Of a stretch of 64,000 nucleotides of DNA, positions 54,902 through 64,000 are shown one piece after another. The translations under genes were made by a program, and so were the position numbers. Every line of letters starts with the position of its first letter. The first letter of the stretch is position 1. The stretch comes from Elusimicrobiota bacterium (GTDB lineage Bacteria; Elusimicrobiota; Elusimicrobia; UBA1565; UBA9628): NCBI GenBank assembly GCA_023249645.1, contig JAHFCF010000008.1, positions 7,257-71,256 on the forward strand, in the 5' to 3' direction. The notes under the pieces are model-generated. The model ran no database searches. It saw only the letters and a list, made by a program, of their open reading frames with translations, and was not told the origin of the DNA.

Positions 54902-54942
54902 GCCTGAAGGCTGCCGCCTTCAGGCCGCTGAGCTAACGGCCC
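54902..54942 (-). other. Perfect 10-bp-stem hairpin (GCCTGAAGGC tgcc GCCTTCAGGC) fused to an 18-nt duplicate of the tRNA-Val 5' end (ccgctgagctaacggccc)
   Basis: The 18-mer at 54925..54942 is identical to 54833..54850. It lies about 75 nt 5' of the tRNA-Val gene on the transcribed strand. Confidence 0.55.
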
Positions 54943-54959
54943 GATGATGCGGTATATTA

Positions 54960-55595
54960 CTACACTTTGGGACTGAGGAAGCGCCCGCCGAGCAGATAGT
55001 AGAGCATCTTGATCGGCTCCAACAAAGCCTCGCACACGAGGTCTCGGCGCGACCACCACCGCCGGGAGGATGCCTCATCGGGCGCCGCGCAGGCGAGAAT
55101 CTCGGCTTCAGGCAGGGTATGGCGAAAGATCCATTTAGATCGACGGGCATGGTAGCGCGATGTGACGACCAGGATGGTTTTCCCGTGCAGGTCTACGGCG
55201 CGCCGCAGGGCCAGCGCCTCGTTGGCCGTGCTCAGCACGGAGTCTCCGTAGAGATGGATCCGGGCCGCGGGGACGCCCAGGCGCCGGAGGACGGCTTGGT
55301 TGATCTCCTCTTCCGCGGGGATCGGCACGCCGAGGGCCGCGGCCTTGAGCTCGGCCGGGTTGCGGAGAGGCCGGGAGATCCATATCTCCGGCGCCCAGCC
55401 CTGCCGGAAGAGCTCCGCTCCATAGAACGGCCGTTCATAGCCGCCGGCCAAGACGACGATCATGTCCGCTTTCTGCGGCTGGTCGGAGAAATCGATGAAC
55501 CATCCGATGCTCCAGGCCGCTGTCATGGCCATGACAGCGGCCAGCAGGACCAGGACGATGGCCCATCGGATCGTCCGCAGGATTCTTGAGAGCAT
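54960..55595 (-). CDS. YdcF-family (DUF218) protein
   Basis: 211 aa with an N-terminal TM anchor. 'DMIVVLAGGYERPFYGAELFRQGWAPEIWISR' is the DUF218 core. Confidence 0.7.
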   Translation of the reverse strand: MLSRILRTIRWAIVLVLLAAVMAMTAAWSIGWFIDFSDQPQKADMIVVLAGGYERPFYGAELFRQGWAPEIWISRPLRNPAELKAAALGVPIPAEEEINQAVLRRLGVPAARIHLYGDSVLSTANEALALRRAVDLHGKTILVVTSRYHARRSKWIFRHTLPEAEILACAAPDEASSRRWWSRRDLVCEALLEPIKMLYYLLGGRFLSPKV

Positions 55596-55629
55596 GGCGC
55601 TGTATTATGCCATTTCAAAACAGATGGAA

Positions 55630-55727
55630 AGAATGTTTTTCGTGGTATAATGTCCCTAGGGTGACGTCAGCCCTTGCCGCGCAGTCAGCGGGCATACAAC
55701 GCATCAGTTAAGGAGAAGTTACCAGAC
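55630..55727 (+). promoter_or_regulatory. csp promoter (TATAAT at about 55643) and about 80-nt 5' UTR with AAGGAG Shine-Dalgarno
   Basis: Sequence 'ttttcgtggTATAATgtccc…ttAAGGAGaagttaccagacATG'. A long leader is typical of cold-shock genes. Confidence 0.5.
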
Positions 55728-55931
55728 ATGCCTACAGGAAAAGTGAAGTGGTTCAATGATCAGAAGGGTTACGGGTTCATCACCCCAGACGATGGCTCCA
55801 AGGATCTCTTCGTGCATCACTCGGCGATCTTAGGGGAGGGTTTCAAGACCCTGGCGGAGAATCAGGCCGTTGAGTTCGAAATCCAGGAGTCCGACAAGGG
55901 CCCCCGCGCCGCGAACGTCAAGAAACTCTAA
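55728..55931 (+). CDS. cspA: Cold-shock protein, CspA family
   Basis: Start at '[18 protein letters not shown]' (RNP1 'KGYGFI', RNP2 'VFVHHSAI'). 67 aa. Confidence 0.9.
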   Translation: MPTGKVKWFNDQKGYGFITPDDGSKDLFVHHSAILGEGFKTLAENQAVEFEIQESDKGPRAANVKKL

Positions 55932-56016
55932 ACCTCAGGAAAGTCGTCGATCAAGGAAGCCCGCCCGCAAGGCGGGCTTCCCGCTTTATGGGGTGATTTA
56001 GTAGGATGGAGCGGCC

Positions 56017-58158
56017 ATGCGCAAGCGAGTCGTCATCGAAGGCATCTTGGGCGCCGTCGCCACGGCCGTCATCCTGGCCGCTTATGTCCTGCGCCTGGCG
56101 GCCTTCGAGGGCGCGGAGCTCAAGTTCTACGACCTGCGCTCCAAGCTGCGCCAGAACCTCACGGCCGCCGAGGAGGTCGTCCTCGTCGCCGTGGACGAGA
56201 AATCCATCGCCCAGGCCGGACGCTGGCCCTGGCCGCGCTCGCGCCTGGCGGCCATGGTCGAGAAGCTTTCCGCCTCCGGGGCGAAGGTCATCGGCTTGGA
56301 GACGCGCCTGGACCGCGAAGAGCCCAACGCGGGCTTGGCCGAGGTCCGGCGCCTGAAGGGCCTCTACGAGGAGCTCCTCAAGGCCAAGGCCCTGCGGGAC
56401 CGCAAGAACGTCTTCGGCTTGGAGTTCTCCTCCGCCATCGCGCAGGTCGACTCGGACGCCAAGCTCGAGACCGCCATGCGCCAGGCCGCCAACGTGGTCC
56501 TGCCCGTGCCGTTTTTGCACGGAGCGCTGCGCGGCGCGCCGGCCGAGGACCTGGCCGCCGTCTCCAGCTTCACCGTCGCTGCCCAAGGCGCGGCCCTGCC
56601 CGAAGACCGCGCGGCCGCGCTGCCGATCGCCCGGTTCTCTCTGGCCGCCGCCGGCATCGGCCACATGCTCCGCGAGCCGGATTTCGACGGCGTCATCCGG
56701 CGCGAGAGGCCGGTGTGCCGCTGGGGGGAGCTCTATCTTCCCTCCTACGCCCTCGAACTCGTCCTGGCGTACGAGGGTCTGAAGCCCTCCCAGGCGGTCT
56801 ACACCCCGGGCGTGGAGGTGCGGGCGGGAGCTTTCCGGATCCCGCTCGATGACACGGACCGCTGGCTGGTCACCTACAACGGCCCGGAACAGACCATCCA
56901 GACTTTTTCCTTCGAGGATGTGATCAACGGCAAGACGCCCCCCGATGCCTTCAAGGGGAAGATCGTCATCGTGGGGCTCACGGCCCCTGAGTCCGTCGCG
57001 CCTCTGGCGACGCCGCTGGGCCCGCTGCCTCCCATCGAGGCGACCGCCAGCGCCGTGGAGAACATCCTGCACCATCGCTTCCTGACGCGGCCGTCCTGGG
57101 CCGGCGCCGTGGAGCTGGCACTGGCGGTCTTGTGCGGCCTTTTCGCCGTGTTCGCCCTGCCGCGCTTGAGGCTCCTGCCGGCTCTTGTTTTCGCGCTGGC
57201 CCTGACCGCGGCCTTGGCCGCCGGGGGCTCCGTCCTCTTCGTCAACGGGCATTGGGTCAGGGTCGCCTACTCCGTTATGCTCCTGGCCTTGGCTTATGTG
57301 CTGCTCATCGCCCATCGCCTGGCCGAGGCCGCGCACGGCGTCGATGCGAAGGGGCCGCGCAAGCCGGGTTTCGGTTCCTATGAGATCGAGCGCGAGCTGG
57401 GGCGGGGGCCGCGGAGCACCGCCTATCTGGGACGCGACCCCCGCAGCGGGGGCCGGGCGATCCTCGAGGTCTGGACACAGCCGCCCGCGCCGGACGAGGA
57501 GGCCCGCAAGCTGGAAAACCGATTTTTGCGGGAGGCCACGGCCGCTCGCGGGCTCAAGCATCCCTCCCTGGTGCATGTCACTGAGGCCGGCGAGCGGGAC
57601 GGGCGGGCCTATGCCGCCGTGGAGCTCGTCGAGGGGCACGACTTTTCGCGGCATGCGTCGAAGACCGGCCTTCTGCCTTTGCTTCAAGCCGTGGAATCCG
57701 CTGCTCTCGCGGCCGAGGCCCTGGACGAGGCCCATGCCCGCGGCGTCGTGCACGGAGACTTGAAGCCCGCCAGCCTCATCCGGCTCAAGGACGGGGGGTT
57801 GCGCCTGGCCGGCTTCGGGCTGGCCTGCCTCTCGGACCCTGCGGCGGCGGCCCCCTACATGAGTCCTGAAGCGGCGGCCGGAAAACCCATGGATGGGCGA
57901 TCGGATCTCTACTCTCTCGCCGCGGTCCTCTACCAGCTTTTGACCGGCGAGCCGCCCTTCGCCGGCACCGGGGAGATCTCGGAGCTCCTTTTCCGCATCG
58001 CCAATGAGCCGGCCCCGGATCCCAGGGTCGTGAGGCCGGATCTGCCTCTGGGATTCACGCCGATCTTGGCCAAGGCCCTGGCCAAGAAGCCTCAGGACCG
58101 CTACGCGCGCGGCGCGGCCCTGGCCGCGGACCTGCGCGCCGCGGCGAGGATGGCGTGA
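56017..58158 (+). CDS. CHASE2-sensor Ser/Thr protein kinase
   Basis: 713 aa. The N-terminal CHASE2 extracellular domain is flanked by TM segments. The C-terminal Hanks kinase has the catalytic loop 'HGDLKPASL' and an 'APE'-like 'SPEAAAG' motif. Confidence 0.85.
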   Translation: MRKRVVIEGILGAVATAVILAAYVLRLAAFEGAELKFYDLRSKLRQNLTAAEEVVLVAVDEKSIAQAGRWPWPRSRLAAMVEKLSASGAKVIGLETRLDREEPNAGLAEVRRLKGLYEELLKAKALRDRKNVFGLEFSSAIAQVDSDAKLETAMRQAANVVLPVPFLHGALRGAPAEDLAAVSSFTVAAQGAALPEDRAAALPIARFSLAAAGIGHMLREPDFDGVIRRERPVCRWGELYLPSYALELVLAYEGLKPSQAVYTPGVEVRAGAFRIPLDDTDRWLVTYNGPEQTIQTFSFEDVINGKTPPDAFKGKIVIVGLTAPESVAPLATPLGPLPPIEATASAVENILHHRFLTRPSWAGAVELALAVLCGLFAVFALPRLRLLPALVFALALTAALAAGGSVLFVNGHWVRVAYSVMLLALAYVLLIAHRLAEAAHGVDAKGPRKPGFGSYEIERELGRGPRSTAYLGRDPRSGGRAILEVWTQPPAPDEEARKLENRFLREATAARGLKHPSLVHVTEAGERDGRAYAAVELVEGHDFSRHASKTGLLPLLQAVESAALAAEALDEAHARGVVHGDLKPASLIRLKDGGLRLAGFGLACLSDPAAAAPYMSPEAAAGKPMDGRSDLYSLAAVLYQLLTGEPPFAGTGEISELLFRIANEPAPDPRVVRPDLPLGFTPILAKALAKKPQDRYARGAALAADLRAAARMA

Positions 58159-58889
58159 GCGTCTGGGAGTTCGCGGGCCGCACTGATCTCGGCCGCGTGC
58201 GCTCCAACAACGAGGACAGCTTCCTCATCGACGAGGCGCTGGGCCTGCTTGTCGTGGCCGACGGCATGGGGGGGCATAGTTTCGGCGAGGAGGCCAGCGC
58301 CCTGGCCGTGCGCGCCATCCGCGAGGCCGCGGCTGAAGGCAAAGATCCGGTCTTATCCATCCGAGGCGCCAACGCGCTCATCCGCGAGAAGGCGCGGAGC
58401 TCTGCGGGGCATAAGGGCATGGGGACGACGGTGGTGGCGGTCTGGATAAAAGCAGATGCGTTCACCGTGGCCCATGTCGGCGACAGCCGCTGCTATCTTT
58501 TCCGGAAGGGCCTTCTTTCCCAGCTGACGCACGACCATTCCCTGGCGGAAGAGTCTCGGGGCTTGCGGCATATCCTCACCCGCGCCGTGGGCGCCGAGGA
58601 GACGGTGGAGGTGGACGTCTCCCGGCACGAGCTGAAGATCGGGGACAGGCTGCTTCTGGCGAGCGACGGGCTGACCACCATGCTCAACGATGAGGCGATC
58701 GGCCGTATTTTGGCGAATGAGTCTTCTTCCTCGCGTGCGGCCGCGGCCCTGGTGGAAGCCGCGCGCCAGGCCGGGGGCGCGGACAACATCACGGTCGTCT
58801 GCGGCAGGTTCTTGCCGGAGCGGCCGCGCGGGTTCTGGGAGAAAGCGGCGGATCTTTTTCGACGGGATTATCCTGAAAAGTTCAGTTGA
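58155..58889 (+). CDS. PP2C-family Ser/Thr phosphatase
   Basis: 244 aa, GTGA overlap with the kinase. 'VADGMGGH' and 'GDSRCYL' / 'ASDGL' are PPM metal-binding motifs. Confidence 0.85.
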   Translation: MSVWEFAGRTDLGRVRSNNEDSFLIDEALGLLVVADGMGGHSFGEEASALAVRAIREAAAEGKDPVLSIRGANALIREKARSSAGHKGMGTTVVAVWIKADAFTVAHVGDSRCYLFRKGLLSQLTHDHSLAEESRGLRHILTRAVGAEETVEVDVSRHELKIGDRLLLASDGLTTMLNDEAIGRILANESSSSRAAAALVEAARQAGGADNITVVCGRFLPERPRGFWEKAADLFRRDYPEKFS

Positions 58890-59327
58890 CCGGCTTCCCT
58901 CATAAGAAGTGGCCAAATAATTCTGTCCTTCGTTTTTTCACTTGAGCCCAGCATGATTTATCTAAAGGTTTTCAAAAAAATTCCACCTATTTCTCGAATT
59001 GTCATTATTTTATAAGTATTTTTTTTCGAGTACCGCCAGCGCTGGAGGTAAAATAAAAATAATGATTATAAAATAATAACTTTTCGATAATGCCCCGTCA
59101 TCTTGGGAACTTTTTCTCAGGAGATGAGTTCGTTCTTTAAAGAAAAATCTTTGGGCCGTTCATTTCATCAGAAGAATTCAGGTTAACCTTTGCCGGCAAA
59201 GGTTGAAAAAACAGAGAGAAAAATCGTCCCCGTCGCATGGTCTGCTTGCAAGGGGGCCAAAAGACCCAGACGCGCCTGGGTCTTTAAGCCCTCGATGAAA
59301 TCGGAAGCCGGGGCTATCTTGAGAGTC

Positions 59328-60602
59328 ATGAAGACTCTCGATCGGGTTGTCCGGGTTTTCCTGCTGATCGCCCCTCTGGCCGCGGCCCTTCCTGGCCAAG
59401 CCGCCCAGTTCGGCGGCGCGGGGGAGATCAAAGCCTGGAAACTTCCCTCCACATTCGTCGAAGCCGCGCCGGCGGAGACGGCGGCGCTCAAGGGGTTTTC
59501 GATGGAGCTGGCCGCTCTCGATGAAAAATCGCTTTTTGACCGCCAGCTGGCGGGGATGCTGGTCGATCCTCTGAGAAACTATCCGATACAGGATTGGCGC
59601 AACCACTTCTCGGAGGTCGATCAGGCCTTGGCGGACGCCCGCCAGAGGATGGAGCCCTTGATCAAGGCCCGGGAAGAGGAACTGCGGTCCGCGGTCATGC
59701 AGCGGACTCATCATTTCATCCAACAGGATCTCAGGGATGCCGCTGTTCAGATGGCCAAGTGCCGTGTTTTCGGCGGAGAGGTCATCAACGAAAGCATCCG
59801 GACCGTGTCTGACCTGGCCAATGCCGGAGATCTGGAGAAGGCCCGCCTGCTGGCTGCCGCGCTGATGATCATCCAGAGCGTCCCGGCGGTTCCCGCGGAT
59901 CCGGGTCCCAAGCCGTTGGCGCGCAAGCATGGCCGTTTGGCGCCTGCTCCAAGATCCATCGGCGAATCGATCACGCAGCTGATCCTGGATGACTTGGGAG
60001 ACAGACAATATGAGATAGGCGAGATCGGTCCCATGCGGCAGATCTCGAATTCGAACAACATCGTGGTGTTGCTGGGGGCGCCTGTGCCGCTGGAGAAGAG
60101 GGCGGATGAGGGGCTGTGGAGAATGAAGATATGGGATGCCCGGCTGGCGTCGAGGATCAAGGCCCTCTTGGACGCGAAGGGGATCGTCTTTAAAATCGGT
60201 GACAAGACTGCGAATTCAACGGAGCTCTATATCATGGACGCGGAAAAAATCTCGGCGTCGAAGGAGTCCGTTCCGCCGACTCCCGAAGCGCTTGCCGCGC
60301 TGCGTGCATCGATCATGCAGCCGATCCTTAAAAAGCTGGGTGAAGATCTTTATCAACTGGTGGCCGTTAATTTCAACAACCGCGCGCTCTACGTCATCCG
60401 CAGCTTGTCTGGGAGCAGGACCGGGGAGGACCTGATCGACGGTTGGTGTTCGGACTCTCCTGAGAAGGCGGGATTCATCCTTGTGCGAGCGCTTGAGCTG
60501 CTGCCGGCAGTCGAGTCTGCCTTGCGGGCTCAGGGGTTCGTCTTTAAACGAGAGACAACCGCTTCCATCATATCCATCTCCGTCCAGAAGCCGATGAAAT
60601 AG
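59328..60602 (+). CDS. Secreted hypothetical protein
   Basis: Start at 'MKTLDRVVRVFLLIAPLAAALPGQAAQ' (signal peptide), 46 codons inside ORF 59190..60602. No family was recognised. It is preceded by an about 280-bp AT-rich region. Confidence 0.45.
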   Translation: MKTLDRVVRVFLLIAPLAAALPGQAAQFGGAGEIKAWKLPSTFVEAAPAETAALKGFSMELAALDEKSLFDRQLAGMLVDPLRNYPIQDWRNHFSEVDQALADARQRMEPLIKAREEELRSAVMQRTHHFIQQDLRDAAVQMAKCRVFGGEVINESIRTVSDLANAGDLEKARLLAAALMIIQSVPAVPADPGPKPLARKHGRLAPAPRSIGESITQLILDDLGDRQYEIGEIGPMRQISNSNNIVVLLGAPVPLEKRADEGLWRMKIWDARLASRIKALLDAKGIVFKIGDKTANSTELYIMDAEKISASKESVPPTPEALAALRASIMQPILKKLGEDLYQLVAVNFNNRALYVIRSLSGSRTGEDLIDGWCSDSPEKAGFILVRALELLPAVESALRAQGFVFKRETTASIISISVQKPMK

Positions 60603-60677
60603 TCGCCGGCCTCTCGCGTTGATTCCTGCCGTCAGAAACGGTATATTCTTTTTAGATTTCTTGTATAAGAATCCCTT

Positions 60678-62552
60678 ATGGAGCAGACCATGAACAAGAC
60701 CAAGACGGCCAAGCGTTCCCCGGCTGAAGAGATCGACTCGGTCACCATCCGCTTCGCTGGAGACTCCGGCGACGGCATCCAGCTGACCGGCATGCAGTTC
60801 TCCACCGCCACCGCCCTGGCGGGCAACGACCTGAGCACCTCCCCCGACTACCCGGCCGAGATCCGCGCACCCCTGGGCAGCCTCGCGGGCGTGAGCGGCT
60901 ATCAGATCCATTTCAGCTCGGGCCAGGCCTTGACGCCCGGCGACGAACCGGACGTGCTGGTGGCCATGAATCCTGCCGCGCTCAAGGTCAACATCAAGGA
61001 CCTGCGCAAGGGCGGCCTGCTCATCGCCAATTCCGATGCCTTCAGCCCGGGCAACCTGGCCAAGGCCGGCTACGCCGCCAGTCCCCTGGCCGACGGCTCG
61101 CTGTCGGATTACCGGGTCATCACGGTGGAGCTCTCTCAGCGCACCGCGGAAGCCCTGCAGGGCCTGGCCTTGACCAAACAGCAGGTCGAGCGCTGCAAGA
61201 ATTTCTACGCCCTGGGCCTGATGTATTGGCTCTACGACCGGCCCATGGAAGGCACGCTCAAGTGGATCGAGGGCAAGTTCAAGAAGGCGCCGGTCATGGT
61301 CGACGCCAACAAGAAGGCCCTCCTGGCGGGCAACGCCTTCGCCGAGACGGCCGAGATCTTCGGCCAGTATTACCGCATCAAGAAGTCGTCCCTCGAGCCG
61401 GGACTGCACCGCAACATCACCGGCAATGAGGCGATGGCCCTGGGGCTTCTGACCGCGTCGCAGCTCTCGGGGCTTCAGCTCTGGTACGGCTCCTACCCGA
61501 TCACCCCGGCCTCGGAGATCCTCCATGAGCTCTCCAAGTTCAAGAACCTCGGGGTGAAGACCTTCCAGGCCGAGGACGAGATCGCGGCCATCTGCTCCTC
61601 GATCGGCGCCGCCTTCGCCGGCTCTTTGGGCGCGACCGGGACCAGCGGCCCCGGGGTGTCCTTGAAATCCGAGGCCATGGGCCTGGCCGCCATCGTCGAG
61701 CTGCCGCTGGTCATCATCAATATCCAGCGCGGCGGACCCTCCACGGGCCTGCCCACGAAGACCGAGCAGGCCGATCTCTTCCAGGCTCTCTACGGCCGCC
61801 ATGGGGAGTGTCCCATGCCGGTTCTGGCCGCGGCCACGCCGGCCGACTGTTTTGAGATGGCCATCGAGGCAGCCCGCATCGCCGTCAAATACATGACGCC
61901 CGTGATCCTGCTTGCCGACGGATTCCTCGGCAATGGCTCCGAGCCTTGGCGGGTCCCGGACGTGTCCAAGCTCCCTAAATTCCCGCCGTCGCCTCTGCCT
62001 GCGGCGGGCAAGTTCCAGCCCTATCAGAGAGATCCGCAGACCCTCGCTCGGCCTTGGGCCCTGCCTGGTATGGCGGGTTATGAGCACCGGGTGGGAGGCC
62101 TCGAGAAGTCCGATATCACGGGCACGGTCAACTATGAGCCGGAGAACCACGAGCGCATGAGCCTGCTGCGTCAGGCCAAGATCGACAAGATCGCGGTTGA
62201 GATCCCGCCCATCGAGGTCCTGGGTCCCAAGAGGGGCAAGGTCCTGGTGGTGGGCTGGGGCAGCACCTACGGCGCCATCACCGCCGCAGTCACCCGCTTT
62301 CAGGCCCGCGGCGAATCCGTGGCGGCCGTGCATCTGCGCCATCTCAATCCCTTGCCGTCCAATCTGGGAGAGATCCTGGGCCGCTACGAGCATGTAGTCG
62401 TGCCTGAACTCAATCTGGGCCAGCTGGTGCACATCCTGCGCGACCGCTATCTGGTGGCGGCCACGGGGATCAACAAGATCAAGGGACTCTCCTTCAAGGT
62501 CGCCGAGATCGAGAACGGCATCCAGGCGCTTTTGACGGGACGGAGGAACTGA
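60678..62552 (+). CDS. korA: 2-oxoacid:ferredoxin oxidoreductase subunit alpha (fused gamma-alpha, KorA-like)
   Basis: 624 aa. The N-terminal gamma domain ('IRFAGDSGDGIQLTG') is fused to the alpha domain. The alternative start ATG at 60690 is preceded by GGAG. Confidence 0.85.
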   Translation: MEQTMNKTKTAKRSPAEEIDSVTIRFAGDSGDGIQLTGMQFSTATALAGNDLSTSPDYPAEIRAPLGSLAGVSGYQIHFSSGQALTPGDEPDVLVAMNPAALKVNIKDLRKGGLLIANSDAFSPGNLAKAGYAASPLADGSLSDYRVITVELSQRTAEALQGLALTKQQVERCKNFYALGLMYWLYDRPMEGTLKWIEGKFKKAPVMVDANKKALLAGNAFAETAEIFGQYYRIKKSSLEPGLHRNITGNEAMALGLLTASQLSGLQLWYGSYPITPASEILHELSKFKNLGVKTFQAEDEIAAICSSIGAAFAGSLGATGTSGPGVSLKSEAMGLAAIVELPLVIINIQRGGPSTGLPTKTEQADLFQALYGRHGECPMPVLAAATPADCFEMAIEAARIAVKYMTPVILLADGFLGNGSEPWRVPDVSKLPKFPPSPLPAAGKFQPYQRDPQTLARPWALPGMAGYEHRVGGLEKSDITGTVNYEPENHERMSLLRQAKIDKIAVEIPPIEVLGPKRGKVLVVGWGSTYGAITAAVTRFQARGESVAAVHLRHLNPLPSNLGEILGRYEHVVVPELNLGQLVHILRDRYLVAATGINKIKGLSFKVAEIENGIQALLTGRRN

Positions 62553-62553
62553 C

Positions 62554-63603
62554 ATGTCAGACACAGAGATGCCGGACCACGGACTCACCCAGCTGCCGGG
62601 TGCGGGGCCCATGCGCAGCGCCAAGGACTTTGCCTCGGACCAGATGGTGCGCTGGTGCCCGGGCTGCGGCGACTTCGCCGTTCTGGCCGTGATCCAGAAG
62701 GTCCTGGCCTCCATGGACATCCCGCGCGAGAAGTACGCCTTCATCTCGGGAATCGGGTGCTCCTCGCGCTTCCCCTATTACATGAACACCTACGGCTTCC
62801 ACGGCATCCACGGCCGGGCCCTGCCCGTGGCCACGGGAGTCAAATGCGCCAATCCGGACCTGCAGGTCTGGGTCGTGACGGGAGACGGCGACGCCCTCTC
62901 CATCGGCGGCAACCACTTCATCCATGCCCTGCGCCGCAACGTGGACTTGAAGGTGATCCTGTTCAACAACCGCATCTACGGCCTGACCAAGGGCCAGCTC
63001 TCTCCGACTTCGGAGTTCGGCAAGAAGACGAAATCCACGCCCTGGGGCTCGATCGAGTATCCCATCAATCCCGTGACCATGGCCCTGGCCTCCGAGGCGA
63101 CCTTCGTGGCCCGGGGCATTGCCGTGGACATCGCCGGCATGACGGAGATCATCACGCGGGCCGCCAAGCACCAGGGCACGGCCTTCGTGGAGGTCTTCCA
63201 GAACTGCGTGGTCTTCAACGACGGGGCCTGGAAGCCGATCGAGGACCGGGCCACGCGCGAAGAGCGGGTCGTGCGCCTGCAGCACGGCAAGCCGCTGATC
63301 TTCGGCAAGGACCGCAACAAGGGCATCCGCCTGAAGGGTTTCGATGCCGAGGTCGTGCAATTCGAGCCCTCCCAGCCTCCCAAGGACCTAGTCGTGCACG
63401 ACGAGAAGGCCGAGTCCCCGCACATGGCCTACCTGCTCTCCAAGATGAACGAGGACGACTGCCCCATCCCGGTCGGCGTGTTCCGCGCCGTGCGTCAGCC
63501 CGCCCTGCATGAGCTCATGGAAGAGCAGATCATCAAGGCGCGCCAGGCAGCGCCGACCGACGTTCAGGCGGTCTTGAACGCTTCGGAGGAGGGCGGCTCG
63601 TGA
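62554..63603 (+). CDS. korB: 2-oxoacid:ferredoxin oxidoreductase subunit beta (TPP-binding, KorB-like)
   Basis: 349 aa. The 'CPGCGD' and 'GDGD…N…Y' TPP-binding motif and 'GIGCSSR' are present. Confidence 0.9.
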   Translation: MSDTEMPDHGLTQLPGAGPMRSAKDFASDQMVRWCPGCGDFAVLAVIQKVLASMDIPREKYAFISGIGCSSRFPYYMNTYGFHGIHGRALPVATGVKCANPDLQVWVVTGDGDALSIGGNHFIHALRRNVDLKVILFNNRIYGLTKGQLSPTSEFGKKTKSTPWGSIEYPINPVTMALASEATFVARGIAVDIAGMTEIITRAAKHQGTAFVEVFQNCVVFNDGAWKPIEDRATREERVVRLQHGKPLIFGKDRNKGIRLKGFDAEVVQFEPSQPPKDLVVHDEKAESPHMAYLLSKMNEDDCPIPVGVFRAVRQPALHELMEEQIIKARQAAPTDVQAVLNASEEGGS

Positions 63604-64000
63604 AGCTCCTCGAATACGAATCCAAGGAGATCTTCGCGGCACACCGCATCCCGGTCCCGCCTTCGGGCGGGGTGATCCGTAGCCTGACGCAGCTGAGCGC
63701 GGCTTTGAAACGGGCGGGCTCAGGTCCTTGGGTCGTCAAGGCGCAGGTCCTGGCCGGCGGCCGGGGCAAGGCCGGCGGAATCAAGCTCGCCAAGACCCGC
63801 TCTGAGGCCAAGGATGCGGCCCAGAAGATCCTCGGAATGACCTTGGCCACGCATCAGACCCACGGCCAGGGCCTCAAGGTGCGCGAGGTCCTCATCGAGG
63901 GCGGAGCCTCCATCGAGCAGGAGTTCTATCTGGCCGTGGCCATGGACCGGCAGGCCGTGGCCCCTGTCGTCATCGCCTCAGCCGAGGGCGGCATGGAGAT
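63600..64000 (+). CDS. sucC: Succinate--CoA ligase (ADP-forming) beta subunit, N-terminal part; runs off the window
   Basis: GTG start with a GTGA overlap with the korB stop. 'VKLLEYESKEIFAAHRIPVP…GPWVVKAQVLAGGRGKAGGIKL' is the ATP-grasp N-terminus of SucC. No stop occurs before position 64000. Confidence 0.85.
   Translation, partial: MKLLEYESKEIFAAHRIPVPPSGGVIRSLTQLSAALKRAGSGPWVVKAQVLAGGRGKAGGIKLAKTRSEAKDAAQKILGMTLATHQTHGQGLKVREVLIEGGASIEQEFYLAVAMDRQAVAPVVIASAEGGME

Noticed and set aside
55951-57753. 600-aa ORF antisense to the CHASE2 kinase
   Set aside because: It is an antisense GC-frame artefact.
60216-62744. 842-aa minus-strand ORF antisense to korA
   Set aside because: It has the same high-GC antisense artefact signature. 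korA on the plus strand has clear catalytic motifs.

Overview
This is a high-GC (about 64-65%) bacterial chromosomal segment that is densely coded on both strands. Most genes are ordinary anaerobic core or accessory metabolism. There are two purine and oxalurate catabolism-like clusters: PreA-like flavoprotein/SsnA/HI0933 flavoprotein/aconitase-family/xanthine dehydrogenase large subunit, and FdrA/YlbF-like/DUF35/thiolase followed by YlbE/cyclase/xanthine dehydrogenase small subunits. Other housekeeping or transport genes include KorAB and a partial SucC, PepT, an aminotransferase, a class IIb aminoacyl-tRNA ligase (AsnRS-like), an OPT transporter, an ABC-2 exporter, and a crcB-DUF190-arsC-acr3-msrBA resistance operon. 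A CHASE2 Ser/Thr kinase with PP2C phosphatase, a cold-shock protein, tRNA-Asp and tRNA-Val are also present. I found no rRNA, CRISPR array, integrase or transposase.

The accessory content is where the interest lies:
- Three lipoprotein caspase-family (peptidase C14) paralogs. Two sit in tandem, with about 85-90% nucleotide identity over their 3'-terminal roughly 700 bp but unrelated N-terminal domains. They lie in one same-strand array behind a secreted S41 peptidase, the AsnRS-like ligase and a WD40 lipoprotein, and abut a reversed-order AbiEii/AbiEi pair and a low-GC ankyrin gene.
- A 1088-aa protein fusing a secreted HEAT-like repeat domain to a polytopic transporter-like domain, encoded with a roughly 527-bp tandem DNA repeat.
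- A family of at least three intergenic elements built from three short perfect palindromes plus DnaA-box-like TTATCCAC motifs.
- A 49-bp perfect palindrome upstream of ssnA whose half-site recurs upstream of ylbE and xdh, suggesting a regulon operator.
- A conserved roughly 95-bp promoter cassette driving two unrelated small secreted proteins.
- Toxin-antitoxin modules: Phd/YoeB, RHH/MazF, AbiE, and an orphan XRE antitoxin-like gene.

Start codons were refined by offset within the supplied ORF table. Raw line-based coordinates for non-coding repeats may be off by 1-2 bp.
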